A DNA stretch of 64,000 bases, from the NCBI GenBank assembly GCA_024137785.1, contig JAHRHZ010000030.1, forward strand, positions 7,568,288-7,632,287. The letters run 5' to 3'. A program made the translations under genes and the position numbers. This DNA is from Ginglymostoma cirratum. Taxonomy: Eukaryota. Shown here piece after piece: positions 53,010 to 64,000 of the stretch. The first letter of the stretch is position 1. Every line of letters starts with the position of its first letter. The notes under the pieces are model-generated. The model saw only the letters and a list, made by a program, of their open reading frames with translations. It was not told where the DNA came from and searched no databases.

Positions 53010-53489
53010 TTCACAGGCCTCGATTTCCTGTGATGCTGCCAAGTTTGTCTTCAATCTGCTGTTGTCGCTGTCAATTTCATTCCATGTTCTTCAGTTTTGC
53101 TTGCAACCAATTATGGGGCATGTTTTTAAGCACTCTTCGGAAATCTATGTACACCACATCTGCTAAGCCTCCTAAACAGACTGTTATTATGTCAAAAGAC
53201 TGAATCAAATTAGTTAAACATGATTGTCTTTAACTGATTAGCTGAAGAGCATTAATCAAATGGAACCAAGAGTTGGCCATTCTACGCGTTCTTGTAATAT
53301 CATACACCTACCTTGGGCCCTTCTCCCTAAAAGTCCTTTGCTGTGGAAAACCTTGCTAGATCCACTCTAATAAATTCCTTCCAAAGACCTCAGTCAAATC
53401 ACTGTTTGACTTTCTGTTCTCCCTGGTTTACAAGCCTGGTTTATTTTAGCTGTCTTCACTATTTACTGTCTTTTTTCATAGCAACAGCC

Positions 53490-53730
53490 TGGGGAATCTG
53501 CTCTGCTTGGCTGTCAGTTAGTTCAGTTGGCTGAACTGCTGGTTTATAGTACACAGTGATGCCAATAGCATTGGTCCAATTTCTGTAAAAACTGAAGTGA
53601 CCATGAAAGTCATACCTTCTTGACCTCGCTCCTTGCCTGAAACATGGTGACCCTCAGATTAAAACATCAGCAGTCATTTCTCTGTAATGAGAGAGCAGCC
53701 TGTGGTCCTCAGGGACTGTTATGACTTTTG
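53490..53730 (+). mobile_element. Old tRNA-derived SINE
   Basis: Head gttagttcagttggctg...gtgatgccaatagcattggtccaatttc, body ggtgaccctcagattaaa...aatgagagagcagcctgtggtcctc. Confidence 0.6.
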
Positions 53731-54820
53731 CTATTATTTCTAAGGTGTAGTGTCCGGAATATTACCAAGTAATTCTGATATGATCTAACAAGTGCTTAGT
53801 TAGATTTCTGTTTCCTTTTTCATATTCTGGTTCACTTGTGATAAAGACTAATGTTGCATTAGCCTTCTTGTTTGTTTTATGTCCCAGACTAATGAATTTC
53901 AGTGGTCTGTATGTGGACTCCAAAATCTCTCTTCTAGATTTTCACTATTTGAAAATTACTGGAGCCATCCTTTTCTGTCCAAAATGGATGAACTCGTACC
54001 TTACTGACATCTAGCATGATTTTGCGCACTCGTTTAGTTTGTAAATGTCTCTGCAATTTTTTTTTTAAAACCATCTGCATTACATTTGCTTTAACACACT
54101 TGGATAAATGTTACCTAAATCAATACAGTTCAGCTTGGGGTCATTGAAAATATTTCAAACATTCCAGCAGAAGTCACGTTCGAGCTGGCTGTGCCCCTGC
54201 CCTACCACCTCTTATGACTGTAAGAGATTATATTTTTTGTTTGAAATGTGAACCGAACATGGAAAAAAAAAATGGGCCTGGCATTAAAAGGGGGAAAATA
54301 CAAGGATATGTTTGCAGCTTTGCCTCATATGCACCAGTTAGCTCCAGTGTCAGTTTTGCGGACAGCATGCCCAGACAAAGTGGCATTTCCTTGTGTTCAG
54401 GGCATGTCTGTCCAGATTTTGATTGGCATCGGTTATGTGCTCCGGACAGTTCAGCGTAGTAAAATCCTTCTGATTAGTTTGGCTGTAGTTTAGCATAAAC
54501 TCTGTAAAGGGGAATGAAAACATCAGAATACTGAGGGGTCCAGCTGCTTGCAACATCAACACCTATCTCTTTGTTCACTTGCAATGAAAATTTGCCTTCA
54601 TTAACTCTGAAAACAGCAAGGGAAAAACTACTTTGAATTGCTAAAGAAAAATCCAAAAACCCAAAGGAAAAAGACCGTAAGTCCAACAAAACAAGCAGCA
54701 AATTAAAGACTGATCATTGCTGTGTGGATAATATCAAAACATCATCGAAGAATCAAAAGGAATGTGAAACCAACTAATTTAGTTTTGGCATTTTGAACTG
54801 GTGAAATAGAACTCAATACC

Positions 54821-54915
54821 TTTCTGAAGAAGGGTCCAGACCAGAAACATCAGCTTTCTTGTTCCTCTGATGCTGCTTGGCCTGCTGTGTTCATCCAGCC
54901 CTACACCTTGTTATG
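54821..54915 (+). mobile_element. Short PLE terminus (family 1), solo, starting at the hammerhead 5' edge
   Basis: tttctgaagaagggtccagaccagaaacatcagc...accttgttat; short flanking repeat tcaata. Confidence 0.87.
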
Positions 54916-55387
54916 TCAATATTTGTGTTAGGTTTTTGTATGGCTGGGAATATTTAGAAGGGGTAAATTTGAAGTCATTTTGATGAGAAATCCTGTTATT
55001 TCATTCTTGTTTAACTTGAGAGTGTTAGAATAAATATCTACTTTTCACGTAACTAAATAAAATCTAGTATGGTTTGCTTTTATCTTGAGTAGCAGTCAGT
55101 CGGGGCAAATTAGGACTGTTAGTAGTTTCATTAAATCTTAAGGTTTGTTATAACGTTGGGAATTGTAGGGCTTGATTTCCAGTATACAACCTCAACAGGT
55201 CGTGAAAATGTTTAGGGGCTCTTCCAGGATAAATTGGAACAAGGACGGTATAAGTTTGGGTACAGTGTTGGTGTAAGTAATAGAGGATAAAGGGACAAGC
55301 ACCAACTTTTGCAATAGAAATAAAATGACATTGGAAGTCGCAGAGTCCTTTCTGCAGATGGAATTTGGGAGGCACTAGCCTAATTGT

Positions 55388-56140
55388 ATTAAAAACTGAA
55401 AGAACTGCAGATGCTGTAAATCAGGAACAAAAACAGAAGTTGTTGGAAGCTCAGCAGGTCTGGCAGCATCCCTGATGAAAAATTCATTGTTAATGTTTCA
55501 GGTCTGGTGACCCTTCCTCAGAACTGATGGTAGCTGGGAAATCGTTGGTTTATAAGCTGAAAATAGGGAGGGGGTTGGGGTAGAGAGTAAACAATAGGAT
55601 AAGGGACAGAGCCTGAAGAGGAAAGAGCAGTTGGATAGACAAAGGAGTTGATAACGATCTGGCTAGGAGCGTGAATAGCTGTTAATGGGGACTGTTAGTG
55701 ACAAACAATAGGTATTGTGTAATGGCAGGCGATGTGATAGCGAGGCCTGGTGTGTGGGATAGGGGGCTAGGACATGGGAGACTTTAGGCCCTAAAGTTAT
55801 TGAACTCTATATTGAGTCCGGAGGACTGCAGGGTCCCCAAGCAGAAAATGAGGTGGTGTTTTTCCAGCTTGCATTTGAGGTTCACTGGAACATTTCAGCA
55901 AGCCAGAGACAGAGATAAAAACACGGAACAAAAACAAAGTTTCTGGAAAAGCTCAGCAGGTCTGGCAGCATTTGTGAAGGAGAAAACAGAGTTAACGTTT
56001 CCTTCCTCAGTGACCCTTCCTCAGAATCTCTGAGACAGAGATGTTTTCTGGGGAGCAGGGTGGTGTGTTAAAGTGGCAGGCAACTGGAAGCTTGGTCTTT
56101 TTTGCGAGCAGAACGTAGATGTTCTGTAAAGTGGTCACCC
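55388..56140 (-). mobile_element. Longer PLE family 2 fragment (GIY-YIG C-terminus, 3' UTR, hammerhead, tail) with a nested short family 2 copy at 55917-56031
   Basis: Minus strand KLPVACHFNTPPCS...KLEKHHLIFCLGTLQSSGLNIEFNNF; hammerhead ctgaggaagggtcaccagacctgaaacatt; nested copy has TSD gagacagagat 55906-55916 / 56032-56042. Confidence 0.87.
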
Positions 56141-56260
56141 AGTCTACAGATTGAGATAGAGCGGGATATGAAAAAGATGGAAATGGATTTGGGAAGACAT
56201 GAACTAGAGAATCAAGAGGGAGAGACACAAAGAAAAACAATTTAAATTTAAAATTGTATC

Positions 56261-56805
56261 AGAGATAAAAGGTACTGCAGATGCTGGAGAATCCGAGATA
56301 ACAAGGCGTGGGGCTGGATGAACACAGCAGGCCAAGCAGCATCATAGGAGCAGNNNNNNNNNNNNNNNNNNNNNNNNNNNNNNNNNNNNNNNNNNNNNNN
56401 NNNNNNNNNNNNNNNNNNNNNNNNNNNNNNNNNNNNNNNNNNNNNNNNNNNNNNNNNNNNNNNNNNNNNNNNNNNNNNNNNNNNNNNNNNNNNNNNNNNN
56501 NNNNNNNNNNNNNNNNNNNNNNNNNNNNNNNNNNNNNNNNNNNNNNNNNNNNNNNNNNNNNNNNNNNNNNNNNNNNNNNNNNNNNNNNNNNNNNNNNNNN
56601 NNNNNNNNNNNNNNNNNNNNNNNNNNNNNNNNNNNNNNNNNNNNNNNNNNNNNNNNNNNNNNNNNNNNNNNNNNNNNNNNNNNNNNNNNNNNNNNNNNNN
56701 NNNNNNNNNNNNNNNNNNNNNNNNNNNNNNNNNNNNNNNNNNNNNNNNNNNNNCCTATGCTGCTGCTTGGCCTGCTGTGTTCATCCAGCCCCACGCCTTG
56801 TTATC
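56261..56805. mobile_element. PLE-derived fold-back (family 1), tail on the left arm, centre hidden by a 400-N gap (56354-56753)
   Basis: Arms share the private variant aaggcgtggggctgg / ccagccccacgcctt; TSD ttaaatttaaaat 56242-56254 / 56806-56818. Confidence 0.9.
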
Positions 56806-59433
56806 TTAAATTTAAAATGATGCATTTAGAATGAGATCGCAAGGCAAAGAAGGTTGTCATGGGAGAAGTGCTAGTCATAAGCATTTCCTTACAGGACTTT
56901 AGATTAAGTTTGTATAAGCCCTACCAGAAAAAGGACGTGGAGGCGTTCTTTGACATCTGATAAAATAGCAAGACAAATAAATTGATTGAATGAAAACTGG
57001 GTAGTGCCCAAGCAAAGTAAATTAACATGTAGGAGCACTTGAAATTTATACTTAATTGCCAGCGAATGTTATGATGGGTTATGTTATGAAGGGTTATGAT
57101 GATGTAAGCCAGGCTGCTCTGATGTATTCAGGTAAGGTTTTGGAATTTGAGGAAACAGACAGGTTGAACCTACACTAAATTTGAAAGGCTTAAACAAAGT
57201 ATAACAAACTCTTTATTAACCAGCTCCTATGGCATTAGGAGTATGCCAGTTGATCAAATGTTCTGGATAATCAAGAGGTCCACATAATCATTGTAAAAAC
57301 ACACACTAAGTAATAGAAATTCTGGGGAGGTGGGTGTTATGCACATCACTGTTATACTTTACTTACAGCAGTAATCATTTAAATAATAAGGCAACTTCGC
57401 CTTAAATAAAATTTACCAGCAGAGAGCCTTCTCGCTTGCACCCTCAGCTGACTACTTGGACATCGCAGAGATTACGATAAACACTGAATTTTGGCATTTG
57501 TGTATATAATTTTTGCAGGTTTATCAAGAGTACTGGTCATAAAGTGCTGTTAAAACAGTTTGCTGTAATTTTGATAGGTTAAAACAAGAATTAGGAGTAA
57601 ATACTAAGTATGAGACTCTCTGATAATTCCCTTAGAATTTAAAACTTCTTACCTTTTCTAATAAGAACAAAGGTTATGCTGGGTGCCTGAAAGGGTTGGT
57701 GGGCAAGAAAGAGGCTGCAAGGATAGGTATAGAAAAGAAAGAGGATGTGAGGGTGGTTTGGTAAGAGAAGCTACAAGGGGGTGACTGGGAGAGGGAGAGC
57801 TGCAAATAGGGTGGAGGAGGAGGAGGTTGAGATGGCAGAGAAAAGGGAAGCTGCAGGAGGCAGTGGGAGCAAGTTGGGGGGAGGTGGGCAGGGTGGCAAG
57901 AGAGGGAAGCTACAAAAGATGAGGCATTGAAAGGAGGTTGAAGAAAGAACAGTTTAAGACACATGAACAAATGGAATGATCCGCTAGCTAGGAGCCATGA
58001 AAATTTGAAATTGTTATGGTAATGAATTGCTTGTAAATAATTTTGGAATCTCTATTTCTGGCTGCGTTTGTTCAGGAGCTTCTGTATGAAGAAGAATATA
58101 TTGGATGTTATTTTTTTTAAAAAACTGTCTACAGTTCATTTTTATCTGAGAGGCAGTACAAAGGTGAAAACTGCCAAATTAAAATTTTCCAGCCTTGTGC
58201 ATATACAATGAAAACTCATTAGTTGTGACTTTGCCAGTCTGTAAAAGGTGTATTTGTGTTACTATCTCATCCATTTGTTACAATGTTGCAACCCTCTAAA
58301 TTTCAACAGCTGGAAGAAAACCAGTTTTTTTCCATCCCAGGTGGGCCTTATCAATGTCCCTTAATGTTGTTTGAAATTATACCAGCTGTTTCGCACCCAC
58401 AAGCTAAAAGACAGTAAACGCACAAGAACACCACTTGCAAGTTTCCTTCCAAGCTACACATAACCCTTAGTTGGAGCCATATCACTGCTTCTTTACTTGC
58501 AGATTCAAAATCCTAGAACTGCCCTCCTAACAACACTGTGGATCTACTATACCAAATGGTCCGCAACACCTCTAAAAGGTGGCTCCCTTCTCAGTGACAA
58601 TTAAGAACTTTTTTTTATTCCACTTACTGTTTCTCAGACCACCTGAAATGTCTGAACTCTATTTGTGTTGAATTGTAAACTAGTTTTCAACAAATCACAG
58701 CAGATCAGAGATTGTGGTTTCAACTTTGAACTCCTCTCATAATTGCATTGACCCTATTCATTTGAGTTAGGATGAATATCAGACAAGGGAAATCTTAATT
58801 TAAGTACCTTTTTGTCTTGATTCAAACCTACATGCTTCTGTACCTTCAAAAATTGGGGGAATTGGTGAAATGGTGAAATGTTACTGTGTACGGTTAAATG
58901 AAAAACATTGCATCTTATACTTCATGTTTAAACATGTTGAAAAATTATATTTCTGTTCATCTTGTATAATATAATTTTATGTTACTATAAGTTCAGCAAG
59001 GTGTGATGTGGAGTGGATGAAATTTCCATATGCCTGTGCCATGAAAAACATGCAGACTAATTATAGTTGATGTTTCAATATGTTAGTCTATCCAGAAAAA
59101 AATATTTTAAGATGTGTAAGATCAGGTAACAAGTCTGTTGGTAGTAATGTAGTGGGACCATTTTGGTACAGTTTAAGGTTATTGTACGTGCTTTACCATG
59201 ATTGGTATGTCAGCTTTGCAATTTTTCTTGCTTACGAATGGTCGAGGAAAAACAAATATACATTTGTATAGCTTCTTCATATCTTCAGGATGACCTAAAT
59301 TGTTTCATACTTAATGAATTGCTTTTGACCTTCAGTTGGTTCCTCTATAAATGAGGATTGGTTTAATTGTTTCATACTTGGAGGATGTGTGAATTATTTA
59401 ATCTGTCGCTAAGCTACTTTGTGTATTTTTCAG

Positions 59434-59510
59434 GTGTGCGCAGCACTTCTGCGTGGCTGTTGTCAACAGCTGGCATCTCTTCATCTCTCTAAGAGCATCT
59501 TCTCTCACAG
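59434..59510 (+). CDS. CARMIL1: CARMIL1 coding exon I (77 nt, phase 0-2): VCAALLRGCCQQLASLHLSKSIFSH(R)
   Basis: Acceptor gtatttttcag, donor gtagtt; continues the frame; the next expected exon (KGKEVPPSF-like) was not found before the window end. Confidence 0.94.
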
Positions 59511-61044
59511 GTAGTTATTTTGTTCTTAAAGTCACTTTCTCTTTTGGCACGGCTTTAAAAGAACATCAGTGCCAAAATTATCTATGCCAGACTAAGAACT
59601 GGGCTCTGGCATAGACATGTATAAAGTTTTTTGTTCTGGTTATCTGGACTTTGTTTCCTTTGCACTTTCTCTCAATGGAGGGGGAGAAAAAAACTCATGC
59701 AAACAGCAAAATCTGAGGATTTGGTGGGAATTGGAGACTGAGATCTGGTTGAGGTGAGTAAGCAGATGGGCTCAGGAGCACAGTTCAGGTGCCATCGTTT
59801 TTCTGCTTACTGCTTTTATTTTTAGTTTGCTGTACTTTGGAGTTAGTTCCTAAGAAGCATGCAAACTCATACTAACAAGTTTCCAAGAAATGAGCCTCCG
59901 CTCACAAGTATATTACCTTTTACCAGATTTGTGAAGGCTGATGACCCTGAAGAGCTTGTTTAACAAACATGTTTTTGCAGTGATTAGTCTTGAAAAATAT
60001 AGTTCAAGTTAAATTGTTTTGGGAGAGCACAACAGTAATTTAGTACCCAAACAATAAAAAAAACCTAATAACTGTCCACCAGAAAATGGATCATAAAGCG
60101 TCCTTTGAGTGAGAGTCATTCATAGAACAGATTGTTCTATTTTTAGTGTCTCAAGGGCAGCATGTTCCACATAATTACCACTTGCATTTAAAAAAAACCT
60201 CTTCCTCATTGTCCCAATATTTTTCAACTCCTTTGTACTGTTTGACAGATTGCACGTGAATGTACGGTGAAGCACCTTTGTGTATTTGAATGAATTTCAT
60301 TAATTTAGTTTTGAATGCAGTGATGTGTAAAGTAGTGTAGATGAGTTTGAATCAATCATTATCAAAGGCATCCTGTATGTAATACTACTTGCGCGAATCT
60401 CCAAGGAAGCTCATGTAGTCATAAAATTTTGTGTTCAAACTGAAGATTAAACCCTTGGTCAGGTAATAATTAGAGCCGTTCTCCAGTGGACCAGTTAACA
60501 GCAATAACTGACTTGCCAGTGAGCTAATTCTGTTTGCCTTCAGACATCTTCTGAAACACCTATGAAGTGCAGGTGGGACATGATATGGGACCTCCTGGCC
60601 CTGATGTAAGGACACTACCTGCACTAATTCTGATTATCCAGGGCTGTTGATTCCAAAAGCCAGGTGCAATGGAATTATCTAATAGTCTGTAATTAAGACC
60701 CAAGCCCTGCACAAACGCCAACAGTAGTCCCTCAATACTGTTAACCAGTCATCAATTACCTTAGCTCTTTCACTGATTTAAAGGCAGGAAACACAAACCA
60801 GAACTCTGGTAGATGTATTGATGTGATTTCACATTAAATCATCGTTTACTGTTCTGTTGCAGTTGGTTTATGTATTTTGGAAAAAGAATAAACATTTTGT
60901 GAAACAGATTATCTTTGTATTTGATTCATAGAGTGATGCACCATAGAAGGAGGCCAATTTGCCCATGCCTGTAACCCTTTGAAAGAGCTATCTCATTTAG
61001 CCCCGCTCCAGAGCCCTGTGAAGGTCCTTCCTTCAAAAATTTGT

Positions 61045-61335
61045 AGAGGTGCCGGTATTGGACTGGGGTGGACAAAGTCAGAAATCACCCAACACCAGGC
61101 TATAGTCCAACAAGTTTATTTGAAATCATAAGCTTTCAGAACACTGCTCCTTCATTAGATGAAATGGAGGGAAGCGCACAGGTGCAGAATTTGTCTACCT
61201 CCTATGCTGCAGGAAAGAATGCCCCAAGGCATGGTATAACAATGAGACCATGCAGACGCTACGACAACAGATGAATGGCCGCCACGCAACAATCATCAAG
61301 CAGGAGTGTTCCCTCCCAGCCAGAGAACGCTTTGT
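61045..61335. mobile_element. PLE family 3 fragment with inverted architecture: minus-strand hammerhead terminus joined to a plus-strand GIY-YIG piece
   Basis: Minus strand ctaatgaaggagcagtgttctgaaagctt (61129-61158); plus strand VYLLCCRKECPKAWY / ETMQTLRQQMNGRHATI; flanking repeat aaatttg. Confidence 0.78.
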
Positions 61336-62794
61336 GAAATTTGCTGTTGAATCTGCTACCACTGTATCTTTTTTTCCAGGCAGGGTATTGTAGAGTACAG
61401 CTTACCGCAAAATAAGTTCTTGGTCACCAGTGTTTATGCTACGATGTGACCGTAAGTAATAAGAGCTGGGTTAGGTCGTTCAACTTCTCCAACCTACTCC
61501 ACTATTCAATAAAATCAAGGCTAACCTGATCGTGGCCACAGTCTCCATTTGTCTGCTGCCTTGCTTACAACTTGGATTTCCTTGTTAATTCAATATATGT
61601 CTAAACCACTCTTGAATATAAGACAATGGCTCAGCCTGCACTGGGAAGAGAATTCAAAGACTATCAAGCCTCTGGGTGAAGAAATCCCTCCTAATTACAC
61701 CTCTTACTTTTAATTGCTGCCTTTTAGTTTTAGATTTCCCCCCCAGAAGAACTTATCTGCAATTATTTGTCTAGCCTCCACAGAATCTTCAATGCTTTGA
61801 TCAGTTGGCTTCTCATTTTCTAACTCTGACAAGCATAGGCCATCTGCAGTCTCTTTCCATTTAGATAATATTCAATGTTTCTATTCTTCCTGTCAATGTG
61901 CACAATCTGTGATTTTTATCACAGACTAAATGTTTCAAATTTTTTTGTCCACTGACTTAGCAGTGTCTTCACTCAGAATGATCCTGATCCACAGATTATT
62001 GTGATGACATCATGCTGAATAGCAGAAAAATAATCTTTTCATTTTTTTTGATGTCATTATAGTTAGGATTTTTTTTTCTCTATTCATTTGTGGGATGTGG
62101 GCATCGCTGGCTGGCCAGCATTTCGTGCCCGTCCCTAGTTATCCTTGAGAAGGTGGTGGTGCGCTGCCTTCTTAAACTGCTGCAGTTGTCCTGCTGTGAG
62201 CATTGTGGGTCAACTATTAGGGAGGGAATTCCAGGATTTTGACCCAGCGACAGTGAAGAACTGGTGATATATTTCCAATTTAGAATGGTGAGTGGCTTGG
62301 ACGGGAACTTGGAGGTGGTGTTCCCATATGTCTGATACCCTTATTCTTCTAGGTGGAAGTGGTCATGGGTTTGGATGACCCAGGACATTATCTAGAAGAT
62401 GAAAAATCTTGAAGCAAGTATTGCCTGTGACACAAAATTCAGCCCAGGTAGAGACAAGAACCATTCTTGAAAAATTGTCCCAGTTATCTAGGCTTTCTAT
62501 TGGATTGCCAATTTGTACTGTGCAGCTTATTCCAGTGAATAACCATTTTTGTGATGACTTTCTTTTGATAGTCAGGAAATGTTTAAGTTGCTTCTGTTTT
62601 AGACATAGCTGCCTCATCCATCACTTTTTATTATGAAAATTGCAACACGTCTTAAAATATTCAAACTAACTATCACTGAAACATCAGTTGTTTTTGCTCT
62701 TCAATTTAGATGGCCAAGTGTCTTCCAATGTGTTCCATCATGCTGTGTCTCGTATGACTTAGTTTGGTGGTACCATGCTTAAAGGTTTCACATT

Positions 62795-63380
62795 TTGTTT
62801 CAGTTATACAGGGCCATGGTGAGGCCACATCTAAAATATTGTGTGCAGCTCTGGCCTCCTTGTCTGAGGAAGGATGCTCTTGTTCTCGAGGGAGTGCAGC
62901 AAAGGTTTACAAGGCTGATTCTGGAGATGGCAGGACAGACTTATGAGAAGAGATTGACAAGGTTGGGATTGTTTTCTCTGGAATTCAGATGAAGGAGGGG
63001 GGAATCTCATAGAGACTTATAAAATTCTACCAGGATTGATACAGGGGGTATGTTTCTGATGATGGGTGTGTCTAGAACCAGGGGTCACAGTATAAGGATT
63101 CGGGGTAGACCATTTGGGACAAAGATGAGGAGACATTTCTTCACCCAAGGAATAGTGAGCCTGTGGAATTTATTACAACAGGAAGTAGTTGATACCAAAA
63201 TATTGAGCGTATTCAAGAGGTGGCTAGATATAGCACGTGGGGTGAATGGGATCAAAGGTTATGGGGAGAAAGCAGGATTAGGCTATTGAGTTGGACGATC
63301 AGCCATGATCGTGATGAATGGCACAGCAGGTTTTGAAGGGCCAAATGGCCGCCTCCTGCTCCTATCTTCTATGTTTCCAT
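62795..63380 (+). mobile_element. CR1-like LINE 3' fragment
   Basis: ORFs 62795..62992 (LYRAMVRPHLKYCVQLW...LEGVQQRFTRLI) and 63050..63289 (SRTRGH...FFTQGIVSLWN); tail cctgctcctatcttctatgttt. Confidence 0.9.
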
Positions 63381-63559
63381 ACTTATTGACTTTCGGCATT
63401 ATCATGAGTTGTACCTAGCGTAGTGGAAGACAGCCTGTTACTAGTCACTTGTCCTCCAGCATTACAGAACTTTAAAACCTATAAATTCATTTCTAAAATA
63501 ATGGGTTTCTTATTTTCTTATTTCCAGACTCAAGTGTTCTTGACTCGTGTTTATGAGGA

Positions 63560-64000
63560 ACATAGAAACAGGCATAAGCCATTTGGTCTGCCTTCATCAT
63601 TTAATATGATCCTAGCTGATCAAAAATTTCAGTTGTACTCAACCTGTCCTCGTAGTCCTGTATGCCATTACTAATCAAAATTATCTCAGCTGCTACTTTT
63701 AAGTGCACTCAAAGACTGAGTTTCCACAGCCCTGTGGGGTAGAGTGCTCCAAAGATTCTCAACCTTCTGAGTAAAACGGATGCTCCTCATCTTGGTCTTA
63801 AATGACATTACCCTTCTTTTTAAACTGTGTCCCTGCTTCTAGCCTCCACAATCAAGGGAAACATCTGCATGTACCTAATTAATCCTTTAAGTATTTTGAA
63901 GGTTTCAATGAGAACATATCCAGTGCCTCAAAACTTAGAGAATACAGGTCCAGTTTGCCCAATGTCTCTCCATAGGACAGTACCATCAACTCAGGAGCAA
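63560..64000 (-). mobile_element. CR1-like LINE 3' fragment running off the window end; related piece at ~61460-61850
   Basis: Reverse-complement tail aagccatttggtctgcc and body tccacagccctgtggggtagagtgctccaaagattctcaaccttctgag. Confidence 0.75.

Noticed and set aside
57700-57950. Purine-rich G-run stretch as a G-quadruplex or coding segment
   Set aside because: Low-complexity sequence with no supporting evidence of function
61015-61045. aaggtccttccttcaaaaattt as the next CARMIL1 exon (KEVPPSFKQFF-like)
   Set aside because: No suitable acceptor or matching frame; it is part of a reverse-oriented CR1 tail

Overview
Eukaryotic, repeat-rich genomic DNA, most likely from a shark (elasmobranch-type HE1/V-SINE, Deu-domain SINE and HER1/CR1-like repeats). 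The window lies inside one large + strand gene, CARMIL1 (LRRC16A). Nine internal coding exons (751 nt) with canonical AG/GT ends splice in frame into about 250 aa of the N-cap/leucine-rich-repeat region; neither gene end is in the window. The introns are filled with retroelements: a 3.6 kb decayed Neptune-type Penelope-like element (PLE) with an inverted 5' terminal repeat nested in a decayed Ty3/Gypsy pol, CR1, L2, Rex1/Babar and RTE LINE fragments, tRNA-derived SINEs and a solo LTR. The most notable signal is a population of more than 15 short PLE-derived inserts from three families, each carrying a minimal type I hammerhead ribozyme motif. Many start at the 5' edge of the ribozyme, and several are head-to-head fold-back units with target-site duplications (TSDs); the fully resolved one at 16.3 kb has a hammerhead motif on each strand. 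All calls are by eye; no database search or folding program was run, and most repeat boundaries are approximate.
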